From contig CAKKSC010000004.1 in NCBI GenBank assembly GCA_919902985.1, positions 32,230 to 96,229 on the forward strand: 64,000 bases of DNA. The letters are read 5' to 3'. How positions within the stretch are numbered: the stretch's first letter is position 1; every line of letters starts with the position of its first letter. The DNA is from Desulfuromonadales bacterium (GTDB lineage: Bacteria; Desulfobacterota; JAENJC01). Below, one piece after another: positions 56,807-64,000 of the stretch. The notes beneath the pieces are model-generated. The model saw only the letters and a list, made by a program, of their open reading frames with translations, did no database searches and had not been told where the DNA came from. The translations under genes were made by a program, and so were the position numbers.

Positions 56807-58654
56807 GTGTGTATGAGTTTTTTTTCTGGATTTAAGAGATTAACTTGCCTTACTCTGCTATTAACTGTTTTATTTGCGGGTGGTTTCACCTTCACCTCCT
56901 TACCTGTTTTTGCCAATACCGCCAATCCTGAAGAGGCGGTAAAGTCAGAGGGCACGACTACTGAGGCAGTTAAAGAGGGGGAAAAGAAAGTAGAATATCC
57001 TCCTGCGCCAAAATTAACTGTTGCCGATTATCCTCAGATTGGAAGCTTTAACCCAAGGATTCTGGTTTGGATAGTTGCCCAGCTACATCTCTGGTTTGCA
57101 GCATTCGTCCTTGCAGTACCTATCTTTGTCCTTATAATAGAGGCCCTTGGCATGGCTACCAAGGACCAACGATACGACAATATGGCGTATGAGTTCATTA
57201 AGGTCAGCATGGCTGCATACTCTATTACTGCCATTATAGGCGGACTACTGACATTTTCACTCCTCGTATTTTATCCCGATCTGTTCAAATATATGGCAAG
57301 CCTCTTCAGCAGGTCAATGCTGGCTTACGCCTTCCTGTTCTTTGCAGAAAGCGCTTCCTTATATATATATTATTATGGATGGCACTGGCTTGAGGGTGGA
57401 TTCAAGAAGTGGGTACATCTCACAATAGGATTGGTCCTTAATTTTGTCGGCACAGTCCTGATGCTGCTTGCAAATGCGTGGGTCTCATTTTCAATGAGTC
57501 CAAACGGGGTTGACCCTGCAACAGGCGCCTTTTTAGGCAGTGAGTGGAATGTAATCCATAACTTCCTCTGGAATCCATTGAACCTTCACAGGGTTATAGC
57601 GAACATAGCGTATGGCGGATCTATCATCGGCGCCTATGCAGCTTATAAGTTCCTTGGCAGCAGTTCAAAAGAAGACAAGGCTCATTATGACTGGATGGGT
57701 TATACAGCAAATGTTATTGCAGTTGGCGGGCTCCTGCCTCTTCCTTTCGCTGGTTACTGGCTGACAAAGGAGATTTATGCCTACAGTCAGCAGATGGGGA
57801 TAACCCTGATGGGTGGCGTCTTCGCCTGGCTGTTTATCATGCAGGCAGTTCTTATTGGCGCCCTTTTCCTTTCCGTAAACTACTACCTCTGGTGCGGAAT
57901 GGAGAGAAGCGAAGGTTCCGTCAGGTATACGAAGAATATCAAGTGGATAGCGGCAGCGGTAGTTGCATGCTTCCTCGTCTGGTTCACTCCTCATACGCTG
58001 GTTCTAACTAACCAGGAGTTAAAGGCATTAGGCGGTCCTTACCATAAGTACCTCGGACCTCTTGGGATCATGCCCGCTAAGAATACTGCCGTCAACATCA
58101 TGATCATACTTACATTCCTGAGCTTTACGCTATACAGAAGGGCCAATAAGATTGCAACTGTCTCTTGGGCTGCTGCCGGAAGTGCAGTTCAGGCAGCTAT
58201 ATTTGCCGGCGCCATTGCAAATATTATCTTCCTCGGAGTGTTCTATGGATATTTCACAAATACGGCTTATAAGGTAGCTGCATCAATCCCACAGGTCTCG
58301 ACTACAGCGGTAGTTATTATATTCACATTGATCATAGATTCAATGATGTTTAAGGGCGCTAAAGATGTGGCGCCTTTAAAGTGGGGAAATGTTCCAGGCC
58401 GATCTCAATATGCGCTTTTTACATTGGCCGTTTCATTTACGTGGCTTATGGGTCTGATGGGTTACATCCGGTCTGGAATAAGACAGCACTGGCATGTAAA
58501 TTCGATAATGAGGGATAATTCTATAAACGCGTTCACTCCAACGATTGGTTATGCCGCACAGGTAGTCACTTTGGCGGCAGTGATATTTATGGCTATAGTT
58601 ATATTCATCTTCTGGCTCAGCAATATCAGTGCGAAGAAATCTGCGGCTCATTGA
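56807..58654 (+). CDS. Cytochrome bd subunit I (CydA)-like 'bd-like' oxidoreductase, no CydB partner in view
   Basis: 'QLHLWFAAFVLAVP', 'DQRYDNMA', 'AES..LYIYYYGW', 'H...G', 'ANAW.SF..SP', 'NLHR', 'MGYIRSGIRQHWH'; >10 TM. Confidence 0.8.
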   Translation: MCMSFFSGFKRLTCLTLLLTVLFAGGFTFTSLPVFANTANPEEAVKSEGTTTEAVKEGEKKVEYPPAPKLTVADYPQIGSFNPRILVWIVAQLHLWFAAFVLAVPIFVLIIEALGMATKDQRYDNMAYEFIKVSMAAYSITAIIGGLLTFSLLVFYPDLFKYMASLFSRSMLAYAFLFFAESASLYIYYYGWHWLEGGFKKWVHLTIGLVLNFVGTVLMLLANAWVSFSMSPNGVDPATGAFLGSEWNVIHNFLWNPLNLHRVIANIAYGGSIIGAYAAYKFLGSSSKEDKAHYDWMGYTANVIAVGGLLPLPFAGYWLTKEIYAYSQQMGITLMGGVFAWLFIMQAVLIGALFLSVNYYLWCGMERSEGSVRYTKNIKWIAAAVVACFLVWFTPHTLVLTNQELKALGGPYHKYLGPLGIMPAKNTAVNIMIILTFLSFTLYRRANKIATVSWAAAGSAVQAAIFAGAIANIIFLGVFYGYFTNTAYKVAASIPQVSTTAVVIIFTLIIDSMMFKGAKDVAPLKWGNVPGRSQYALFTLAVSFTWLMGLMGYIRSGIRQHWHVNSIMRDNSINAFTPTIGYAAQVVTLAAVIFMAIVIFIFWLSNISAKKSAAH

Positions 58655-58703
58655 TTTACATATAGCAATTAGGTAGAAATAAATATTTTAAGGAGCAGCC
58701 AAG

Positions 58704-59540
58704 ATGAAAATTTTTTTGAAGATTGTATTTTTTTGTATTCTTGCTTTTTCTGGCTTTGTAGGATTTGCAAATTTTGGAATACCCCAGGTCAAACCGGCTC
58801 CGCCTCCAACAGAGGAGAAGCTTGACCTCGGGAACATGACAATGGACCAGTTTATCGCCCTCGGAGACAAGATATTCAATGGGAAAGGTACCTGTACCCT
58901 TTGCCACAACAATGTTGGTAAGAGGGCGCCAATGCTTGACGGTGCGGGTGAGGAAGCGGTTGCCAACAACGCCCTGCTCAGGCTTAAGGATCCGAGGTAT
59001 AAGGGTAAGGCTACAACGCCTGAAGAGTATATCAGAGAATCAATGAAGACACCTTCCGCCTTTGTAGTTGCTGGATTTGGTTCAGACAATGACACAAAGA
59101 GCCCAATGCCGGTGATAACGCAGGGCTCTATAGGGCTGTCCGACGCTGAGGTTGATGCTGTCATCGCCTTCTTGCTGAACAAGGCAGGAGTTGAAGTGAC
59201 AGTAAAGATACCGGTAGGAGCACCCCCGTCTGAAAAGGCAGAGGAAGCAAAGCCGGCTGAACCCGCTAAGACACCTGAGGAAGTGATCGCAAAATTCGGC
59301 TGTGGAGCATGTCACAAGATAGGTAAGGAAGAAGGAGCTCTTGGTCCAGATCTGACTCGTGTTGGTAAATCAAAAAATGAACCTTATCTGAGAAGGGCTA
59401 TACTTGACCCTAATGCCGATATTGCAAAGAACTGTCCTGGTGGACCTTGTGCTCCAGGCATGATGCCGCCTGATTTCGGCGCAAAGATGACAGGCTCTGA
59501 GTTTGAAATGCTGGTACAATATTTAGTTAAATCTAAATAA
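58704..59540 (+). CDS. Membrane-anchored diheme cytochrome c
   Basis: N-terminal TM, 'CTLCH', 'YIRES...P.AFVV.GF', 'CGACH', 'MMPP'. Confidence 0.9.
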   Translation: MKIFLKIVFFCILAFSGFVGFANFGIPQVKPAPPPTEEKLDLGNMTMDQFIALGDKIFNGKGTCTLCHNNVGKRAPMLDGAGEEAVANNALLRLKDPRYKGKATTPEEYIRESMKTPSAFVVAGFGSDNDTKSPMPVITQGSIGLSDAEVDAVIAFLLNKAGVEVTVKIPVGAPPSEKAEEAKPAEPAKTPEEVIAKFGCGACHKIGKEEGALGPDLTRVGKSKNEPYLRRAILDPNADIAKNCPGGPCAPGMMPPDFGAKMTGSEFEMLVQYLVKSK

Positions 59541-59567
59541 TAAATAAACCTAAAAAGAGGTAAAGAG

Positions 59568-60335
59568 ATGAAGTTACCTAAGTTGTTACAGGCGGTTTTA
59601 GTAGTAGTTGCGGTTTATATTGCGTTTAAGCTGGTATTCAGCGTTGGACTCCAGCAGCCAATACCATCCAGCCTTCTGACCATGTATATGTTCTTTGTCG
59701 TGGTGGCTACGTTGCTTGTCACAACTGCAACAGAGGAGAGTGCCAAGGAAATGTCAGGCCCTATCAAGGCGCTGGTGGAAGACCCGAGCAAGAAGACAAT
59801 CAGGAATATAGTATTTGTCCTTGTCCCTCTTCTTGCAGGCTGGATGACATACAGCAATTTGCGGCCAAGCTTCGAGGCACCGGTTGAACTAAGAACCATT
59901 CACCCTGCACCCCCGGGAAGCATGAAGGCTTTTGGCAAGTCTTACGACCTCGCAAAGCTTGAGAACCCTTTCAGGAAATATCAGAAGGAAGATCCTGAAA
60001 AATTCAAGGCTCTTGTGAAAGAGGGTGGAGCGGTATATTACAAGAACTGTCATTACTGTCACGGCGATAAGCTGGATGGACAGGGACAATATGCCCAGGG
60101 ATTCAATCCTCTGCCTCTGAATTTTCAGGATATTGGAACAATAGCTCAGTTGCAGGAGTCGTTCCTTTTCTGGAGGATTGCGACTGGTGGGCCGGGGCTT
60201 CCTAAAGAGGCTACACCGTGGCTATCAGCCATGCCGGTCTGGAAGGACTTCCTGACTGAGGATGAGATATGGAAGGTGATTCTATTCCTCTATGATTATA
60301 CAGGACAGGCTCCAAGATCATGGGCTGCGCATTAG
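59568..60335 (+). CDS. Membrane (3 TM) monoheme cytochrome c
   Basis: Three N-terminal hydrophobic helices, 'LRTIHPAPP', 'CHYCHGD', 'SAMP.W'. Confidence 0.88.
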   Translation: MKLPKLLQAVLVVVAVYIAFKLVFSVGLQQPIPSSLLTMYMFFVVVATLLVTTATEESAKEMSGPIKALVEDPSKKTIRNIVFVLVPLLAGWMTYSNLRPSFEAPVELRTIHPAPPGSMKAFGKSYDLAKLENPFRKYQKEDPEKFKALVKEGGAVYYKNCHYCHGDKLDGQGQYAQGFNPLPLNFQDIGTIAQLQESFLFWRIATGGPGLPKEATPWLSAMPVWKDFLTEDEIWKVILFLYDYTGQAPRSWAAH

Positions 60336-60441
60336 ATTATTGAGTAGTTAGCTTTCAGATGTGTTACTAAAGGGATTCTTGCATCTTTAACCCTCTTGGG
60401 ACTCAAATACCAGAGGATAAAAAACGATCAGGACGGTCAAA

Positions 60442-61962
60442 ATGAAAATGAGAACAAAGTTAGTATCAATGCTGTCAATTGCTGTCTTCGCAGCGCCCTT
60501 AACCAGCTATTCGGCCCAGGGGAACGCGGAAAACGGAAAAAAGATTTATGACAAGAGGTGCGTCTGGTGTCATGGTGAAGAGGGAGCGGGTGACGGTCCG
60601 GCTGCTGAGCGAGTAAACCCTGCGCCAAGGGATTTTACCTCAGGGATGTACAAAATTAAGACTACTCCATTCGATGAGGTAAGTCCAAAGGATGAGGATA
60701 TCTTCAGGATGATCAGTGACGGTATGCCGGATTCTTCAATGCCGCCGTGGAAAGATATGCTTTCTGAACAGGAGAGATGGGACCTCGTAGCTTATTTGAA
60801 GAAATTTGCAGGCCTTGAAAATCCCAAGAAGGAGTTGGACTTCAGCAAGCAGGTGAAGACCTCTGCTGAGAGTATTGAACGGGGCAAGAAGCTGTTCCTG
60901 GATCGTTGCGCCGAGTGTCATGGAGAGACAGGCAAAGGAGTTTCCATAAAAAAGCTTAAGGATGACCTCGGATTCAGGACATGGCCAAGGAACTTTACTA
61001 AACCATGGACATTCAGAGCAAGTAACGATCCAAAAGATATATTTGCTCGTATGTCGGTAGGTATTCCTGGGACACAGATGCCGTCTTTCGCCGACCCCTC
61101 AAGTAAAAAGAAACTTTCTGATGAAGAAAGATGGGATGTCGCAAATTATGTTGTGTCATTGGCAGACAGCACAAAGGAAGTCAGGGCAGAGAACACTGTT
61201 GTGAAGGCTTCCAGGATTGAGGGGGAACTCCCGTCTGAGCCGGGTGACCCCAAGTGGATGGAAGCAGAACCCTCTACCTTCCTTCTGGTCCCTCAGATAA
61301 TCGGACAGGAAAGGTTCTTTACTCCCTCTAATAACAGCATCACGTCCAGGGCATATTATAATGATAAGGATATCTCAATATTAATCGAATGGGATGACAG
61401 GACAGCAAGCGCTCCCGGTGATCCAAAAGCTGCCGAGATTGCTGAAGGAGAAGTTTCAGCTGATGCGGTTGCAGTTCAATTCCCTGTTACAATTCCTCTG
61501 GAAATGGAAAAACCCTACTTTGGTCATGGCGATGCGGCGTGGCCTATTAATATCTGGTACTGGAACACCGGGGAAGCTGGGGCTTCGCAGGTGACCAAGC
61601 TTCTGAATGCCACCGGATTTGCAAAGAAGGATGAAAGGGATGCTGCCAAGGCCGGGTTGGTAACTAAAGGAGTTTATGATAAAGGTACCTGGCGTGTTGT
61701 TATGAAGAGGCCACTTGTAACAGGTGAGAAAGATAAGGATATACAGTTTGTCGAAGGAAGGTTTACTCCGATCGCTTTTGCAGCATGGGATGGCACCAAT
61801 GGCGAGAAGGGGTCAAAGCATACAATGACAACCTGGTACTGGATCCTCCTTAAACCGAAGGTGGGAATGAGTGTTTATTTTATTCCCCTCATTGTGGCCG
61901 GTTTAGTGGTGGGAGCTGAGTTGCTCTGGCTTGCCAGCGCACGTAAGAAGAAAAGTTCTTGA
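60442..61962 (+). CDS. Diheme cytochrome c fused to an ethylbenzene-dehydrogenase-gamma-like (heme b) domain, C-terminal anchor
   Basis: 'CVWCH', 'CAECH'; 'LIEWDD.T', 'DAVAVQFP', 'KPYFGHGD', 'W.VVMKRPL', 'AFAAWDG..GE.G.K'. Confidence 0.85.
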   Translation: MKMRTKLVSMLSIAVFAAPLTSYSAQGNAENGKKIYDKRCVWCHGEEGAGDGPAAERVNPAPRDFTSGMYKIKTTPFDEVSPKDEDIFRMISDGMPDSSMPPWKDMLSEQERWDLVAYLKKFAGLENPKKELDFSKQVKTSAESIERGKKLFLDRCAECHGETGKGVSIKKLKDDLGFRTWPRNFTKPWTFRASNDPKDIFARMSVGIPGTQMPSFADPSSKKKLSDEERWDVANYVVSLADSTKEVRAENTVVKASRIEGELPSEPGDPKWMEAEPSTFLLVPQIIGQERFFTPSNNSITSRAYYNDKDISILIEWDDRTASAPGDPKAAEIAEGEVSADAVAVQFPVTIPLEMEKPYFGHGDAAWPINIWYWNTGEAGASQVTKLLNATGFAKKDERDAAKAGLVTKGVYDKGTWRVVMKRPLVTGEKDKDIQFVEGRFTPIAFAAWDGTNGEKGSKHTMTTWYWILLKPKVGMSVYFIPLIVAGLVVGAELLWLASARKKKSS

Positions 61963-62008
61963 TAAGCTATCAGTCTCCTGATATATTAATTAATAAAGGA
62001 GGTGTTTA

Positions 62009-62491
62009 ATGAAGGTATCAGTTGGTGTTGTTGTGTCGTTAAGCTCGCTGTTATTATTTGGAGGTGTTGCTTCATCCTCCATAGCAGAAGGGAAAACAAG
62101 CCTCTCTATGCAGGCTAAGGAAAAGGCTATAGCGCATCAAGAAAAAGGTTCCACGTTTGATGATGAAGGTAATTTTGCAGCAGCTATAGAGGAGTTTAAG
62201 AAGTCACTTGAATATGACTCTGAAGAACCTAATACGCTCTTTAATCTCGGGGTTGTCTATCTTAAGACAAATAAGCCCTCTGAAGCAGAAAAGATCTTTG
62301 AAAAACTCAGCAAGATTTTACCTAACGACAGCGAAGTGTTCAATTTACTCGGCATAGCTCGCAGCGGAGCGGAGAAGAAGCAAGAAGCGATTGAGGCATG
62401 GGAAAGGTCCCTTGCTTTACAGCCCGACCAGCAGAAGGTAAAAGATATGATCACGGAGATTAAGACTGTTGCTTCAAACAGTGCCAAATAG
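62009..62491 (+). CDS. Exported TPR protein
   Basis: Signal peptide; three TPR units ('FNLGVVY', 'FNLLGIA'). Confidence 0.85.
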   Translation: MKVSVGVVVSLSSLLLFGGVASSSIAEGKTSLSMQAKEKAIAHQEKGSTFDDEGNFAAAIEEFKKSLEYDSEEPNTLFNLGVVYLKTNKPSEAEKIFEKLSKILPNDSEVFNLLGIARSGAEKKQEAIEAWERSLALQPDQQKVKDMITEIKTVASNSAK

Positions 62492-62538
62492 GAGTTTATT
62501 CGTGACTGTGGTCTGTTAGCTTCTGGAGTATAGGTATT

Positions 62539-62577
62539 AGCCCTCACTTTATTTTGATAAGTGAGGGCTTTTATTTT
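62539..62577 (+). terminator. Intrinsic terminator after the bd-like cluster
   Basis: agccctcactt-loop-aagtgagggct followed by tttatttt. Confidence 0.8.
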
Positions 62578-62695
62578 AGATATAGCCTCTTGTGTAAATC
62601 ATAATTTTCTGTATGCATTCTGCAACCTGTTTCCTTCTGTTCTCTAATTGTTTTCTATTTATTTTGCTTATTCTTTATTGTAAGGAGTAAATCTA

Positions 62696-63832
62696 ATGTC
62701 TGATCTGTTAAAGCTGGAAAAAATCCACTGGAAACACTATTTCGCTGGTTTTGGTTTCATTACTATAATCCTTCAGCTAATAACAGGCCTGTATTTGATG
62801 TTCTTTTTCGACCCTACCCTGGAGGGCGCTTATAAAAGCATTCAATATATCTCCAATCAGCTCTTCATGGGAAGCCTGAGCAGGAACCTTCACCGTTGGA
62901 TACCAGCCCTTTTGTTTGTGGCAGTCTTTGTTCATACCGTTAGATGTTTCCTCAGATGGGACTTCGAGAACAGGAATAAAAGGGTATTATGGTTAACCGG
63001 TGTACTGCTTCTTCTTCCAATATTTCTGTTTATAGTGACGGGTCTTATAGTGCCATGGGAATGGAAGGGTTACTTCTTCATGGAAATGATCCCCAATTAT
63101 TTCGAGCCCATCCCTTACATAGGGCAGGCGCTGAAAGACTTTTTCCTTGTTTCATTTACAATCCCAAGATACTACGTCTTTCATGTAGTGCTTCTTCCGC
63201 TTATATCTATCGTCCTGATAGACTATCACATACTTGCAAAGCTCAGGAAAAGAGGGATATTTCGTTATCTGCTGAAGCATTCCATTATCTCTCTGCCTTT
63301 TATAATACTACTCTTTGTCCTTGCCTGGAAGATAATTATTCCTTCCAATGACCCTGTTGATGTTCCTATGCCTTTAGAGGGCGAGTGGGTCCCTGCGCCA
63401 GAATGGTACTTCCTTACGGTTTTGCTGCCTTACATGTATATAAGGAGCGGTATCTGGATACCAGTTCTTTCCTTTTTCTTACCTTTGGCACTATTTTTTG
63501 GTGTGGCATTTATGCCTTATTATCTCAGAAACATAACTATTGCCGAGGAAGATGACGACGCGCCAACTCCGCAGGCGAATGTGAAGAGGACTGCATCAAA
63601 AAAGATCATTAACGGGATTATCGTTACAATTATCACCTTTGTCTTTATAGGGCTAATTACCTGGGGTAATTACAACTCTCCGACCTTGGGCTGTAACTCT
63701 TGTCATCATTTAGCAAACGGCGCAAGGATGGGTGTCCCGCCGCCCTCATTCAGAGACAAGACAAGTCTCCCTCACCTTAGCGAAAATGACTGGATGATGA
63801 AGCACTGGTATTATCCGACTCAAGTGTGGTAG
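62696..63832 (+). CDS. Cytochrome b (bc/b6-type) + subunit IV-like region fused to C-terminal heme c motif
   Basis: 'QLITGLYL', 'RNLHRW', 'VHTVR', 'VFHV', 'DYH' (four heme-b His), 'PEWYF', 'CNSCH'. Confidence 0.85.
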   Translation: MSDLLKLEKIHWKHYFAGFGFITIILQLITGLYLMFFFDPTLEGAYKSIQYISNQLFMGSLSRNLHRWIPALLFVAVFVHTVRCFLRWDFENRNKRVLWLTGVLLLLPIFLFIVTGLIVPWEWKGYFFMEMIPNYFEPIPYIGQALKDFFLVSFTIPRYYVFHVVLLPLISIVLIDYHILAKLRKRGIFRYLLKHSIISLPFIILLFVLAWKIIIPSNDPVDVPMPLEGEWVPAPEWYFLTVLLPYMYIRSGIWIPVLSFFLPLALFFGVAFMPYYLRNITIAEEDDDAPTPQANVKRTASKKIINGIIVTIITFVFIGLITWGNYNSPTLGCNSCHHLANGARMGVPPPSFRDKTSLPHLSENDWMMKHWYYPTQVW

Positions 63833-63912
63833 AAAAAGGAAATAGGCTATGATAAAGCTGGGAAAGACTTATTAATAAAGTTTTTGCATGTATTGCAGAG
63901 GAGGCTTTGAAA

Positions 63913-64000
63913 ATGAAACGATTTATGTTTTTTTTGGTAACGGCGACCCTATGCATTTCTTTCGTGGCATGTGCCAGCGGGACATCCAAGGCCAGGCAGG
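63913..64000 (+). CDS. Putative lipoprotein, 3'-truncated by window edge
   Basis: RBS gaggagg; MKRFMFFLVTATLCISFVAC.. lipobox-like. Confidence 0.5.
   Translation, partial: MKRFMFFLVTATLCISFVACASGTSKARQ

Noticed and set aside
1-64000. CRISPR arrays, tRNA/rRNA, integrase/transposase, selenocysteine read-through, and the many short antisense ORFs in the track
   Set aside because: No regularly spaced repeats, RNA-gene signatures, recombinase motifs or in-frame TGA at catalytic Cys positions were seen; the antisense ORFs overlap well-supported genes

Overview
Bacterial chromosomal window; gene content (lpxI, SfrAB-like oxidoreductase, narC-narGHJI, a GEMM-I riboswitch) suggests a deltaproteobacterium/Desulfobacterota-like anaerobe, which is inference only. 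The left ~17.5 kb is mostly housekeeping (GT9, DegT, lpxI, sfrAB-like, ihfB, livF, secA, M23 peptidase, guaA). It also holds a small cytochrome c maturation module and a cyclic-dinucleotide riboswitch with the A20 variant associated with 3',3'-cGAMP. The remaining ~46 kb is dense in nitrogen-oxide respiration genes. (i) A Sec-exported, divergent NosZ-like protein has rearranged CuZ/CuA ligand motifs. It heads a 14-gene run with no nosDFYL/R/X/B, containing instead two Vgb-like propellers, four c-type cytochromes, a Gld-type ABC transporter, DUF4340, a LivK-type binding protein and TlpA. (ii) A divergent sigma54 two-component system. (iii) A Ycf46-AAA/M41-protease, DUF1257, DUF2997, radical SAM, Hsp70-like operon. 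(iv) A sigma54-driven narK-usp-narC-narGHJI-narK cluster. (v) A divergent CydA-only 'bd-like' oxidase/cytochrome c module with two unannotated micro-membrane proteins, followed by a cytochrome b/heme c fusion. No rRNA, tRNA, CRISPR, integrase or transposase was seen. All assignments come from reading motifs by eye; no searches were run.
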